Positions 7,457 through 17,371 of a stretch of DNA of 41,901 nucleotides are shown here, piece after piece (position 1 is the first letter of the stretch; the number at the start of each line of letters is the position of its first letter). This DNA is from an uncultured Acidaminococcales bacterium (GTDB taxonomy: Bacteria; Bacillota; Negativicutes; Acidaminococcales; Acidaminococcaceae). Location of the stretch: NCBI GenBank assembly GCA_964439485.1, contig CAYTOV010000004.1, positions 1 to 41,901 of the forward strand, read 5' to 3'. The notes beneath the pieces are model-generated. The model did no database searches and was not told the DNA's origin. It saw only the letters and a list, made by a program, of their open reading frames with translations. The position numbers and the translations under genes were made by a program.

Positions 7457-7484
7457 TTGTTTTTTTTCTTAGATAGCTTATAAT
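7457..7484 (+). promoter_or_regulatory. Candidate promoter of the amino-acid ABC transporter operon
   Basis: TTGTTT (7457-7462), a 16-nt spacer, then TATAAT (7479-7484). Confidence 0.4.
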
Positions 7485-7527
7485 AATAGAAGTTTTAAGA
7501 ATAAATATTAATCGAGGGGGTATTTTT

Positions 7528-8295
7528 GTGAAAAAGAAATTCCAGATTGTTTGTTTGTGTATGTTTGTCTTTGCTTTATTAGTTGCAGGCTGTGGCGGAA
7601 GCAGTACGAAAAAGGAACTGATTGTTGGAACAGAGCCAGCATTTGCACCTTTTGAGTTCCAAAAAGAGAATTCTAAAGATTTTGTCGGTTTTGATATTGA
7701 CCTCATCCAAGCTATTGCAAAACAAATGGGTTATGAAAAATGCACTATTCAAGGCATGGGTTTTGACGCTTTGATTCCTGCTCTTGATGCTAAAAATATT
7801 GATGTGGCTATTGCCGGTATGACTATCACCGATGAACGTGCAAAAAAAGTTAATTTCTCCAAACCTTACTATAAATCAGGTCTGGCCATAGTAGTTAGCA
7901 AAGACAACAATACAGTCAATGATGTTGCTGATCTCAAAGGCAAAAGAATAGCTGTACAAATTGGTACTACTGGCGCGATGGAAGCTGAAAAAATTGAAGG
8001 AGCAAAGATTACTTCCTTTAATACTAACGGTGAAGCTTGTCTCGAATTAAAAAATAAAGCTGTAGATGCTGTCATTGGTGATTTGCCTGTTGAGGCATAT
8101 TTCCTGCAGCAGGGCGGCAACGACTTTGCTAAGATTGTTGGCAAAACTCTTTCCTCTGAGGATTATGGTATTGCTGTAGCTAAGAGCAACACTGCTTTGG
8201 CTAAGGATGTTGACAAGGCTCTTGACACTCTGAAACAAAATGGCGAATACGATAAATTATACAAAAAATGGTTCGGAGAAATGCCTAAGAAATAA
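7528..8295 (+). CDS. Polar amino-acid ABC transporter substrate-binding lipoprotein (family 3), copy 1
   Basis: The start is GTG with RBS GAGGGGG. The lipobox is LVAGC. The SBP_bac_3-like sequence includes GTEPAFAPFEF and DVAIAGMTIT. Confidence 0.9.
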   Translation: MKKKFQIVCLCMFVFALLVAGCGGSSTKKELIVGTEPAFAPFEFQKENSKDFVGFDIDLIQAIAKQMGYEKCTIQGMGFDALIPALDAKNIDVAIAGMTITDERAKKVNFSKPYYKSGLAIVVSKDNNTVNDVADLKGKRIAVQIGTTGAMEAEKIEGAKITSFNTNGEACLELKNKAVDAVIGDLPVEAYFLQQGGNDFAKIVGKTLSSEDYGIAVAKSNTALAKDVDKALDTLKQNGEYDKLYKKWFGEMPKK

Positions 8296-8396
8296 GGCTT
8301 GACTATTAAGAAAAAGCAAAGAGTGCTAAAAATGTTGCACTTCCCCTTCTTTTGGTTGTATAATTAGCGAAGATAAAAACGCTAGGGGGAAGGTAA

Positions 8397-9167
8397 ATGA
8401 AAAAAAGTTTTTTTGCAGCAATGACTCTTATTTTTGCTCTAGGTTTGTTGATGGCAGGCTGCGGCGGCGAGAAAAAAGCTGAGCAAAAGGTTTTGCGTGT
8501 TGGTACGGAGCCAACTTTTGCTCCTTTTGAGTTCCAAAAAGAAGGCAGCAAAGACTATACCGGTTTCGATATGGATCTTGCACGTGCGATTGGCAAACAG
8601 CTTGGCATGAAAGTTGAAATCGTAAGTATGGGCTTTGATGGCTTGATTCCTGCTCTTAATGCAGGCAACATTGATGCTGTTGCGGCTGGTATGACTGTAA
8701 CACCTGAACGTGCAAATAGTGTTAAATTCAGTGAGCCTTATTACAAATCCGGCTTATCTGTGATGGTACGTAAGGATGAAACTGCTATTACTGGTATAGA
8801 AAGTCTGAAAGGCAAAAAAATAGCTGTACAAATTGGTACTACAGGCGCTATGGAAGCCCATAAGATTGCTGATGCAAAAGTAGTAGAATTTAATACCAAT
8901 ACAGAAGCTGCTTTGGAATTGAAAAATGGCGGCGTTGACGCAGTAGTTAATGATTTGCCTGTAGTTGCGTACTTCCTGCAACAAGGTGGCGGCAAAGATT
9001 TTGCCAAGATGGTTGGCAAGGTTGTAACTGCTGAGGAATATGCAATAGCTGTGAAAAAGGGTAATGATAAGCTGGCTGGTGATATTAATAAAGCCCTGGC
9101 TGAATTGAAAAAGAACGGCGAATACGACAAAATTTATAAAACTTGGTTTGGCGAACAAGTAAAATAA
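8397..9167 (+). CDS. Polar amino-acid ABC transporter substrate-binding lipoprotein, copy 2 (tandem paralog)
   Basis: The lipobox is LMAGC. It is colinear with and highly similar to copy 1 (GTEPTFAPFEFQKEGSKDYTGFD...). Confidence 0.9.
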   Translation: MKKSFFAAMTLIFALGLLMAGCGGEKKAEQKVLRVGTEPTFAPFEFQKEGSKDYTGFDMDLARAIGKQLGMKVEIVSMGFDGLIPALNAGNIDAVAAGMTVTPERANSVKFSEPYYKSGLSVMVRKDETAITGIESLKGKKIAVQIGTTGAMEAHKIADAKVVEFNTNTEAALELKNGGVDAVVNDLPVVAYFLQQGGGKDFAKMVGKVVTAEEYAIAVKKGNDKLAGDINKALAELKKNGEYDKIYKTWFGEQVK

Positions 9168-9185
9168 TCAAGTTATTTTCAAAAC

Positions 9186-9227
9186 CGGAGTACATCGCAG
9201 CGTGTTGCCAGGATGTGCTCCGATTTT
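9186..9227 (+). terminator. Intra-operon terminator/attenuator between the binding-protein genes and the permease gene
   Basis: The hairpin CGGAGTACATC(9186-9196)/GATGTGCTCCG(9212-9222) has one G-U pair and is followed by ATTTTATTTATT. Confidence 0.65.
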
Positions 9228-9265
9228 ATTTATTGCCTTATTTGTTTTTCAATTGATATCTTTTT

Positions 9266-9940
9266 TTGAAAGTTGGTGTTTGCGTGGATTTGAATTTTGA
9301 AATTATACAAAAGGCATTTCCTCTTCTTTTGCAGGGAGCCGGTATTACCATACAGATTACAGCCTTGAGCGTTGGACTCGGTCTTCTCATAGGCATGATT
9401 GTTGGTGTTGCCCGTCTGGCTTCAATTAAAATTGTTAAATATCTGGCTAACATATATGTGGACTTCATTCGTGGTACGCCTCTGTTAGTACAGATTTTCC
9501 TCGTCTATTTTGCGCTGCCGATATTGACGGGCTCCCGTATTGATCCGTTTATTGCGGCCATTGCTGCTTGTTCTATTAACAGCGGCGCCTATATTGCAGA
9601 GATCTTTCGCGGTGGTATCCAATCCATTGATATTGGGCAGACGGAAGCAGGCCGTTCACTTGGCTTAAACTGGTACCAGACGATGCGATATGTAATTATG
9701 CCGCAGGCCTTTAAAAGAATTATTCCTCCTTTGGGGAACGAATTTATTGCGATGCTAAAAGACTCTTCGTTGGTTTCTGTTATAGGTTTTGAGGAACTGA
9801 CCAGAAGAGGTCAGTTGATTATTGCACGTACTTATGCATCTTTTGAAATTTGGCTTGCTGTAGCCTTTATTTATCTGATAATGACATTTACAATTTCACG
9901 CTTCGTGGCATATTTGGAGCGGAGGTACCAGACGAAATGA
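9266..9940 (+). CDS. Amino-acid ABC transporter permease (His/Glu/Gln/Arg/opine family)
   Basis: It is multi-TM with an EAA-like loop ([24 protein letters not shown]). The start is uncertain: TTG 9266 or in-frame GTG 9284. Confidence 0.85.
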   Translation: MKVGVCVDLNFEIIQKAFPLLLQGAGITIQITALSVGLGLLIGMIVGVARLASIKIVKYLANIYVDFIRGTPLLVQIFLVYFALPILTGSRIDPFIAAIAACSINSGAYIAEIFRGGIQSIDIGQTEAGRSLGLNWYQTMRYVIMPQAFKRIIPPLGNEFIAMLKDSSLVSVIGFEELTRRGQLIIARTYASFEIWLAVAFIYLIMTFTISRFVAYLERRYQTK

Positions 9941-10656
9941 TTAAAATTAGTAATTTACATAAAAGTTTTGGCACTTTGGAAGTCTTGCAGGGAATTGACC
10001 TGGAAATCGCTGAAAGAGAAGTAGTTGTAATCATTGGACCTTCTGGTTCCGGCAAAAGCACGCTTTTACGCTGCATCAACTATCTGGAAGAACCCACTTC
10101 GGGAACTATCGCTGTTGACGGCATTGAGTTAAGCGGTGAAGCCAATATCAATGCCATTCGCCGTGAAGTAGGCATGGTTTTCCAACGCTTTAATTTGTTC
10201 CCGCATATGACGGTAATGGAAAATCTTTTGCTGGCGCCAATGAAAGTACGCAATCTGACAAAAGCAGAAGCTGAAAAAAATGCCCTTGCCCTATTGATAA
10301 AGGTAGGATTGGAAAGCAAGGCAAATGCTTATCCGGAACAGCTTTCCGGCGGGCAGCAGCAAAGGGTCGCTATTGCACGCGCTTTAGCAATGAAACCGAA
10401 AGCGTTATTATTTGATGAGCCTACTTCCGCGTTGGATCCGGAAATGATCAAAGAAGTTCTGGATGTCATGAAAGACCTTGCGCAGGAAGGCATGACCATG
10501 GTTGTTGTAACTCATGAGATGGGTTTCGCACGTGAAGTTGGCGACAGAGTAATTTTTGTTGATGGCGGCAAAATAGTTGAACAAGGGGCTCCGGAGGCTA
10601 TTTTTTCCCGTGCTAAAGAAGAACGGACCAAGAGCTTTTTATCAAAAATTCTTTAA
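9937..10656 (+). CDS. Amino-acid ABC transporter ATP-binding protein (GlnQ-like)
   Basis: The start [12 protein letters not shown] forms an ATGA overlap with the permease stop. Walker A is GPSGSGKST, with signature LSGGQQQR and Walker [12 protein letters not shown]. The ORF-track start at 9850 is an over-extension. Confidence 0.9.
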   Translation: MIKISNLHKSFGTLEVLQGIDLEIAEREVVVIIGPSGSGKSTLLRCINYLEEPTSGTIAVDGIELSGEANINAIRREVGMVFQRFNLFPHMTVMENLLLAPMKVRNLTKAEAEKNALALLIKVGLESKANAYPEQLSGGQQQRVAIARALAMKPKALLFDEPTSALDPEMIKEVLDVMKDLAQEGMTMVVVTHEMGFAREVGDRVIFVDGGKIVEQGAPEAIFSRAKEERTKSFLSKIL

Positions 10657-10781
10657 ATGGTACATTGTTTCAATTGTTTCATATTTCAACCTCTCAAGGC
10701 CTGAATTTCATGCAGAGCAGTGTTTTCCTTTATTATGAGAAGGAATAAGCGAACTGATGGCGAATCTATAAAACAAGAAAT

Positions 10782-10809
10782 AAACAAAGTGATTTTGGCT
10801 TTGTTTTTT
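10782..10809 (+). terminator. A/U-rich hairpin plus T-run immediately upstream of the hpf RBS (ABC operon terminator or hpf leader element)
   Basis: AAACAAAG(10782-10789)/CTTTGTTT(10799-10806) is followed by TTTT. The RBS GAAGGAGG starts 4 nt later. Confidence 0.5.
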
Positions 10810-10828
10810 ATAGAAGGAGGTTTTGACT

Positions 10829-11386
10829 ATGACAGTAAATGTACGTGGTAAAAACATCGATGTAACACCGGCATTAAAAGATTATGTTGAGAAAAAAGTT
10901 TTAAAAGTTACAAGACAATTTAAAAATATTGGTGATATTTCTGCACTTATGAGAGTGGAGAAAGGCGATAGCGTCAAAGGCGAACGCATTGGCGATTGCG
11001 TAGTAGAGATTTCTTTCCCGGCAGGGGGCGTAAATTTCAGAGCGCAGGAAACAACCAAGGATATGTACTCTTCTGTTGATCTGGTAATTGAGAAAATTGA
11101 GCGCCAGATTCACAAATATAAAACAAAATTGATGAGAGGCAGATACAATAACTTCCGTGAGGAAGCGCCGGTTATATCCGCTGTTCCAGCTGAAGAGCCT
11201 GAATTTAAAGTCGTCAGAAATAAACGCTTCATTATGCGCCCGATGGGTGTTGAAGAAGCAATTATGCAGATGAATCTTTTGAACCATGATTTCTTCGTAT
11301 TTTTTGATGAAGAGATTGAGGCTGTAAATGTTGTATATCGTCGCAAAGATGGCGATTATGGTTTACTGTCTCCTGAATTGAAATAA
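10829..11386 (+). CDS. hpf: Ribosome hibernation-promoting factor, long form
   Basis: The start MTVNVRGKNIDVTPALKDYVEKK begins an S30AE/RaiA N-domain, followed by a C-terminal dimerisation domain (FMRPMGVEEAIMQMNLLNHDFFVF). The RBS GAAGGAGG lies 8 nt before ATG 10829. Confidence 0.9.
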   Translation: MTVNVRGKNIDVTPALKDYVEKKVLKVTRQFKNIGDISALMRVEKGDSVKGERIGDCVVEISFPAGGVNFRAQETTKDMYSSVDLVIEKIERQIHKYKTKLMRGRYNNFREEAPVISAVPAEEPEFKVVRNKRFIMRPMGVEEAIMQMNLLNHDFFVFFDEEIEAVNVVYRRKDGDYGLLSPELK

Positions 11387-11404
11387 GTTCATGAAAATGT
11401 TACA

Positions 11405-11434
11405 AAAACCCGGGACGGAAATCCCGGGTTTTTT
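11405..11434 (+). terminator. Intrinsic terminator after hpf
   Basis: AAAACCCGGGA/TCCCGGGTTTT hairpin with a T-run. Confidence 0.85.
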
Positions 11435-11461
11435 GACTTTTACTGCCTGTTCTGTTAAAAT
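11433..11461 (+). promoter_or_regulatory. Candidate secA promoter
   Basis: TTGACT (11433-11438), a 17-nt spacer, then TGtTAAAAT (extended -10, 11453-11461). Confidence 0.5.
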
Positions 11462-11511
11462 TTACTATTGAGCGTAGGCTGATTTAGTGCGAAAAATGAG
11501 GAGTGATTGTG

Positions 11512-14037
11512 TTGCTCGAAGGTTTAATGAAAAAAATTTTCGGTGATCCGAATGAAAAAGAATTAAAAAGTGTTCAAGTGTATGTTGATGCAGTAAATGC
11601 TTTGGAAAAAGATATAGAAAACATGAGTGATGCGAGCCTTGCAGAAAAAACAGCTGAATTCAGGGACAGAATTGCTAAAGGTGCAACTTTGGATGATATT
11701 CTGCCGGAAGCTTTTGCGGTTGTACGTGAAGCGTCCAAGCGTGTTCTTGGTTTGCGCCATTTTGATGTACAATTAGTCGGCGGCTGTGTCCTGCACAGGG
11801 GTAAAATTGCGGAGATGCGTACGGGCGAAGGTAAAACTTTGGTTGCAACACTGCCAGCCTATTTGAATGCATTGACAGGCAAAGGCGTTCACATTGTTAC
11901 TGTTAATGAATATCTGGCTCATCGTGATAGCCAGGAAATGGGCAGAGTTTTTAATTTTTTAGGCCTTTCTGTTGGCTTGATTATTCATGGACTTGATTTC
12001 CCGGAAAGAAAAGCTGCTTATGCCGCAGATATAACATACGGCACCAATAACGAATTTGGCTTTGATTATTTGCGTGACAACATGGTCGTTTCGCTTGACC
12101 AGATGGTACAAAGACCTCTTAACTATGCGATTGTCGATGAGGTCGACAGTATTCTTGTTGACGAGGCTCGTACTCCGTTGATCATTTCTGGCCCGGGCGA
12201 AAAATCTACAGACCTGTACAAAGTATTAGCCCGTGTTGTTGCTCAACTGGTCGAGGGAGAAGACTATACTGTTGACGAAAAACTTAAAACGGCTGCTCCT
12301 ACAGAAGTTGGTATTGCTAAAGCCGAAAAAATGCTTGGCGTCGCTAACATGTATGCCGGTGAAGCCAGCATCGATTTCTCTCATCAATTAATGCAGGCTT
12401 TGAAAGCAAAAGCAATCATGCACCGTGATAGAGATTATGTAGTTAAAGATGGCGAAGTTATTATTGTTGATGAATTTACCGGCCGTCTGATGTTCGGACG
12501 TCGTTTTTCAGAAGGTCTGCATCAGGCAATTGAGGCTAAAGAAGGCGTTAAAGTTGAACGTGAAAGCCAGACTCTCGCTACGATAACCTTCCAAAATTAT
12601 TTCCGTATGTATGATAAGCTTTCTGGTATGACTGGTACTGCTAAGACAGAGGAACAAGAATTCCAAAAGATTTATGGACTGGATGTAATAGTTATTCCTA
12701 CTAATAAACCAAATCAGCGTATAGATTATCCTGATGTCATTTATAAAACAAAGAACGCTAAATATAAAGCTGCTGCTAACGAAATCGAAGAGTGCCATAA
12801 ATCAGGCAGACCTGTTCTTGTTGGTACGACTTCAATCGTGCAGTCAGAAGAGCTATCCGGTATTTTGAAAAAACGTGGAATTCCCCATACTGTCTTGAAT
12901 GCCAAGTTCCATGAGAAGGAAGCCGAAATCATAGCTGGTGCCGGACAATTCGGCGCTGTAACAATTGCTACTAATATGGCAGGCCGCGGTACAGATATCG
13001 TGCTCGGCGAGGGCGTTCCGGCTTTGGGAGGTCTCCATATTGTTGGTACCGAGCGTCATGAAAGCAGACGTATTGATAACCAGCTGCGTGGACGTTGCGC
13101 ACGTCAAGGCGACCCTGGTTCAACACGTTTCTATCTGTCTCTGGAAGATGATCTCATGCGTTTGTTTGGCTCCGACAATATTTCCAGCATCATGGATAAG
13201 CTGGGAATGGAAGAGGACGAACCGATTGAACATAGTCTGGTAACAAAATCTATCGAATCAGCGCAGAAGAAAGTGGAATCACGTAACTTTGATATGCGTA
13301 AACATGTTCTGGAATACGACGATGTTATGAATCAACAACGCGAAGTAATTTATGCTCAACGCAAGAAGATTCTTGTAGAGAATAATTTGCGTGAGAATAT
13401 CATGGATATGGTCACACGTGTCGTTGACAGAACAATGGTAATGTATGCTCCACCTGATGTTTATTCTGAAGAGTGGGATTTGCCGGCCCTGATTGCGTAT
13501 GCTGAAGAATTCTACGCACCGCCTAATACTTTAACTGTTGAGCATTTACAAACTCTCAGCCGTGAAGAATTAAATGAGTATTTGCAAAAACTTGCTGTAG
13601 ACTACTACGAACAAAGAGAAGAGTCAATTACTCCAGGGATTATGAGAGAACTTGAAAACCTTGTAATGCTTAAAGTCGTTGACAGTCATTGGATGCAGCA
13701 TCTGGATGCCATGGATATGCTGCGTGAAGGTGTAGGCCTGCGTGCTTATGGACAAAGAGATCCATTAGTTGAATATAAGCTTGAAGCTTATGATATGTTC
13801 CAGGCAATGATTGATGCTATTCAGGATGATGTCGTGCGCTATATGTACAGGGTTAACGTGGTTACGCAGCCGAAGGTTGAAGACCGCCTGCAGAATGCAA
13901 CGGTCAATAATCCTAGCGGTGATAGCGAAGCAGACGCTAAAAAACCTGTCGTTAAAGGTGAGGAGATCGGCCGTAATGACCCATGTCCTTGTGGCAGCGG
14001 CAAAAAATACAAAAATTGTTGTGGAATTGAAAAATAG
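11512..14037 (+). CDS. secA: Preprotein translocase ATPase SecA
   Basis: The motifs MRTGEGKTL and [19 protein letters not shown] are present, with a C-terminal zinc motif [14 protein letters not shown]. The RBS GAGGAG is at 11498-11503. The start is TTG 11512 or GTG 11509, and the ORF-track 11503 overlaps the RBS. Confidence 0.9.
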   Translation: MLEGLMKKIFGDPNEKELKSVQVYVDAVNALEKDIENMSDASLAEKTAEFRDRIAKGATLDDILPEAFAVVREASKRVLGLRHFDVQLVGGCVLHRGKIAEMRTGEGKTLVATLPAYLNALTGKGVHIVTVNEYLAHRDSQEMGRVFNFLGLSVGLIIHGLDFPERKAAYAADITYGTNNEFGFDYLRDNMVVSLDQMVQRPLNYAIVDEVDSILVDEARTPLIISGPGEKSTDLYKVLARVVAQLVEGEDYTVDEKLKTAAPTEVGIAKAEKMLGVANMYAGEASIDFSHQLMQALKAKAIMHRDRDYVVKDGEVIIVDEFTGRLMFGRRFSEGLHQAIEAKEGVKVERESQTLATITFQNYFRMYDKLSGMTGTAKTEEQEFQKIYGLDVIVIPTNKPNQRIDYPDVIYKTKNAKYKAAANEIEECHKSGRPVLVGTTSIVQSEELSGILKKRGIPHTVLNAKFHEKEAEIIAGAGQFGAVTIATNMAGRGTDIVLGEGVPALGGLHIVGTERHESRRIDNQLRGRCARQGDPGSTRFYLSLEDDLMRLFGSDNISSIMDKLGMEEDEPIEHSLVTKSIESAQKKVESRNFDMRKHVLEYDDVMNQQREVIYAQRKKILVENNLRENIMDMVTRVVDRTMVMYAPPDVYSEEWDLPALIAYAEEFYAPPNTLTVEHLQTLSREELNEYLQKLAVDYYEQREESITPGIMRELENLVMLKVVDSHWMQHLDAMDMLREGVGLRAYGQRDPLVEYKLEAYDMFQAMIDAIQDDVVRYMYRVNVVTQPKVEDRLQNATVNNPSGDSEADAKKPVVKGEEIGRNDPCPCGSGKKYKNCCGIEK

Positions 14038-14044
14038 CGAACTG

Positions 14045-14080
14045 AGCGAAGTCGGAACTTATTAGAAGTTCGGCTTCGCT
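14045..14080 (+). terminator. Probable terminator after secA
   Basis: The hairpin pairs AGCGAAG..GAACTT with AAGTTC..CTTCGCT. The trailing T-tract is weak (TGGGTTATTTATT). Confidence 0.5.
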
Positions 14081-14123
14081 TGGGTTATTTATTGGAAATA
14101 AACTGTAAAAGGAAGTGAAACGT

Positions 14124-15231
14124 TTGCTTATAGAAGAATATAGACCAGAAATAAACAATTTAAAGCAGAAGTTAGACGAAATGAGGGGATCTCTTTGACG
14201 TCGCTCGCAAAGAGGACCGCATTGCTGAATTAGAACATAAAATGGGTGAGCCTAATTTTTGGGATAACCCGGAAGAAGCGCAAAAAGTCGCGCAAGTCGT
14301 TACACAACTAAAAGACGAAGTAGGCATTTTCCGGTCTTTGGAAACCAGATCGGAAGATCTGGAAGTTATGCTGGAACTTGCAATGGAAGAAGAAGACGCA
14401 GATATTGTCGGCGAAATCGAGCAATCATTGACGTCTGTACGTGCTGACATCGAACATCTTGAGCTAGGCATGCTTTTGTCAGGTGAATATGATGCAAACA
14501 ATGCGATTTTGACTTTACATGCCGGTGCAGGCGGAACAGAAGCTCAGGATTGGACATCAATGCTGCTCAGAATGTTTGGACGCTTTGCAGAGCGTTCTGG
14601 CTACAGTGTTGACGTTCTTGACTACCAACCAGGCGATGAAGCTGGCGTTAAAAGTGTTACTCTTGGTATTAATGGGCATAATGCCTATGGTTATATGAAA
14701 TCGGAAAAAGGCGTGCACCGTTTGGTCCGCATTTCTCCGTTTGACTCCAATGCGCGCAGACATACCTCGTTTGCAGCAGTTGATGTTATGCCGGAAATTG
14801 ATGACACAGTAGAAATTAATATCAGTCCTGCAGATTTAAAAGTTGATACCTATCGTGCCAGTGGCGCAGGCGGACAACATATTAATAAAACAGATTCTGC
14901 TGTACGTATGACGCATATCCCTACAGGAATCATAGTACAGTGCCAGAATCAACGTTCCCAGATACAAAATAGAGAGCGTTGCATGCAGTTGTTGCGCGCC
15001 AAATTATTTGAATATGAGAAACAAAAACAAGCAGAACTGAAATCCGATATTGCCGGTGATTATCAGGCGATAGAATGGGGCAGTCAGATACGTTCATATG
15101 TTTTTCACCCATATAATATGGTTAAAGACCACCGGACAGGCGCTGAAACAGGCAATGTGCAGGCTGTCATGGACGGTAATCTGGAACTTTTTGTCGAAGC
15201 ATACTTACGTAGTTTGCAGAAGATAAAATAA
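14124..15231 (+). CDS. prfB: Peptide chain release factor 2, requires programmed +1 frameshift: join(14124..14195,14197..15231)
   Basis: Frame 0 reads (V K R) L L I E E Y R P E I N N L K Q K L D E M R G S L, then stops at TGA 14196-14198. The +1 frame continues DVARKEDRIAELEHKMGEPNFW... and carries the SPF and GGQ motifs. The start is TTG 14124 (RBS AAGGAAG) or GTG 14115. Confidence 0.92.
14184..14199 (+). promoter_or_regulatory. RF2 autoregulatory +1 frameshift site
   Basis: AGG GGA TCT CTT TGA C: an internal SD-like AGGGGA, a 3-nt spacer, then the slippery CTT followed by in-frame TGA C. Confidence 0.9.
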
Positions 15232-15253
15232 TTATGCAGAAGAATTGGAATAG

Positions 15254-17371
15254 GTGGAGATTTTGTTGAGGAAAACCTGTTATAACCCGGTGTTAATTAT
15301 TATAATGGCGATTGCGCTTATTTTTTCAGTTCTTTTGAATTTCCAGCGTCATTCTGTTGAGCAGGCTAACCGAACTGTGGAAATGGCGATGGAATATGAG
15401 AGTATTGCCAGAATGGCACATGGTGAAGGTGTGTCTGAAGAAAAAGTCTTGAAGATGTTCAAAGATCGCGGTGTTACCAGCCTGATCCTTTTTGACACAA
15501 CTTTGCAGAAACTTGGCGACAAAGGTAAGGTAACCGTAGTTACGGGATCTGACCTTTTGCATGCCTATCGCACCAATCAGATACAGAGTGGCATATGGCA
15601 GGATTTGATCGTTAAAGGAAAGATTTTAACGAATGCTGCTTATGTTACTGAAGGCTCATCTCCTCTTACCATGCAGGATGTGGAAGAAGACCTTACTTTA
15701 CGCTTCGGTAAAGACCTTGTTCATGTTATTTCAGAGTCACCGAAGGTTATCGAGGTAAAAGGCGATACCAAACTTGTTGAAGGCGAAGCCTATGGCGAAC
15801 AAAAAGGCATTCGGCAAATGGATCTGGGCTTGTCGTCAGAAGAACTGCAGCTGGCCAAAAATCTTGGTTTCATGGTTATTGCCAGACCAGTAAATTATGG
15901 GCATGGCTATAACATGGCCTCTGCACCTGAACGTGAGCAAATTGATGGCTTTTTCAACCGCCTTGACAAATCGGGTGCTAAGATATCGGCTTTCGCCGGC
16001 AGCGGCAAAACAATACTTGGTTATAAGCAAAATCTTGACTATGTAGCAGAAAATCTTCTTAAACGTGATATTACGCTGGCGATGGTCGAAAATATTGTCC
16101 AGCTTCAGTTTGTACCATTGGAGGGGCTTGTACCTATGGCCGAACTGATGGATTACAAAGGTGCTCGTACTTACGTTATTGATAAAGCAGAGCAAAAGAA
16201 GCTGAAAGTTAATGAAGCAATGCTTCGTTGGGCTTTGACCGATGAAGAACGTAACATCAGAATTAATTATGTTAAGACCTTCTTGGAACCACAGGATGGC
16301 AAGACCTTGCTGCAGACTAATCTGGATTACGTAGAAGATATTACGAAAAGTGTCGAAGCGAGAAATTTCAGCATAGGCAAGGCTGGTATCTTTGCAAAAT
16401 ATATGCCTAATCGCTTGCTGTTTATCCCAATCGTCTTTGGTATTCTAGCGGCCGGCATGCTTTATCTTACGCAGCTCATTGAGATTAAGAAGAAGCATCA
16501 ATATCTTCTGCTATTGGCTGCGGGCTTGCTTTTCAGCGCAGTAATCTTGTTTGCTAAGGGACTATTGGCAAGGCAAGTGCTTGCATTGTGTGCTGCCACC
16601 GTTATTCCGGTGCTTTCCCTGAACTATATTCTTAATATCTGGGATAATTACCATGGCGGCGGCAAGCCGTTGACAGCTGTCCTTTTTGCAGCTACATGGC
16701 AGCTGGCAATGGCTATAGCAATTTCGCTGGTTGGTGCTTCGTTCGTCGGAGCAATTCTTGGCGATGTTCGTTTTCTGATGGAGATTGATATTTATAAAGG
16801 CGTAAAGCTGACCTTTATTTTACCTATATTACTGATGTTTTTCCTGTGCGTCAGAAGGTATTCTTTGTTTGAAGGTGATGACGATAGTAAAAATGTAATT
16901 ACCAGAATCGAGAATGTACTTTCCCGTCCTATAACTTTGAAAGTAGTTTTTGCCATGATCGTTTTTGCTTTTATTGCCTGGGTATTTATTGGCCGTTCTG
17001 GGCATACAGCCGGAGTGCCGGTGCCGGACATTGAAGTAAAATTAAGACTTTTCCTTGAAGAAATGATGAAGGCGCGTCCGCGTGAAAAAGAATTTTTGGT
17101 TGGCCACCCAGCCTTTTACTTGGCTGCGTTTGCGGTCTACAATAAATTCCCACGTCTTCTCAGTGTTGCTTTTATCTTGGCCGCAACTATCGGACAAGGC
17201 TCATTGGTACAAACTTTTGCTCATATGAGAACTCCCATAATTATGTCTTATATCAGGGCAATTGATGGCTACCTGCTGGGAGCAGCAATAGGTATCTGTG
17301 TACTTATTGCGTTTGCCATATTCTATCCTTATTTGCAGGCTTTACAAAGGAGATACTTGAAGCATGAGTAA
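15254..17371 (+). CDS. Large polytopic membrane protein (DUF5693-like by recollection); N-terminal anchor, ~360-aa extracytoplasmic domain, C-terminal multi-TM block
   Basis: 705 aa. The hydrophobic segments are read by eye. It overlaps the csaB start by 8 nt. Confidence 0.6.
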   Translation: MEILLRKTCYNPVLIIIMAIALIFSVLLNFQRHSVEQANRTVEMAMEYESIARMAHGEGVSEEKVLKMFKDRGVTSLILFDTTLQKLGDKGKVTVVTGSDLLHAYRTNQIQSGIWQDLIVKGKILTNAAYVTEGSSPLTMQDVEEDLTLRFGKDLVHVISESPKVIEVKGDTKLVEGEAYGEQKGIRQMDLGLSSEELQLAKNLGFMVIARPVNYGHGYNMASAPEREQIDGFFNRLDKSGAKISAFAGSGKTILGYKQNLDYVAENLLKRDITLAMVENIVQLQFVPLEGLVPMAELMDYKGARTYVIDKAEQKKLKVNEAMLRWALTDEERNIRINYVKTFLEPQDGKTLLQTNLDYVEDITKSVEARNFSIGKAGIFAKYMPNRLLFIPIVFGILAAGMLYLTQLIEIKKKHQYLLLLAAGLLFSAVILFAKGLLARQVLALCAATVIPVLSLNYILNIWDNYHGGGKPLTAVLFAATWQLAMAIAISLVGASFVGAILGDVRFLMEIDIYKGVKLTFILPILLMFFLCVRRYSLFEGDDDSKNVITRIENVLSRPITLKVVFAMIVFAFIAWVFIGRSGHTAGVPVPDIEVKLRLFLEEMMKARPREKEFLVGHPAFYLAAFAVYNKFPRLLSVAFILAATIGQGSLVQTFAHMRTPIIMSYIRAIDGYLLGAAIGICVLIAFAIFYPYLQALQRRYLKHE

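Noticed and set aside
7431-7706. A minus-strand 91-aa ORF and its look-alike at 8306-8551.
   Set aside because: Both are antisense to the signal-peptide and 5' regions of the two paralogous SBP genes. Their similarity is a by-product of that duplication.
8741-9158. Two long antisense ORFs (129 and 134 aa) inside the second binding-protein gene. Similar shadows lie at 7869-8144, 41170-41706, 23500-23937, 33671-34066, 15836-16195, 30223-30582 and 38117-38476.
   Set aside because: They lie entirely within well-supported genes on the opposite strand. They have no SD and low-complexity or biased composition, so they are typical shadow ORFs.
14172-14501. A 109-aa minus-strand ORF over the prfB 5' region.
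   Set aside because: It is antisense to the RF2 coding sequence with a Ser-rich, biased composition. The apparent gap in + strand coding is explained by the programmed frameshift.
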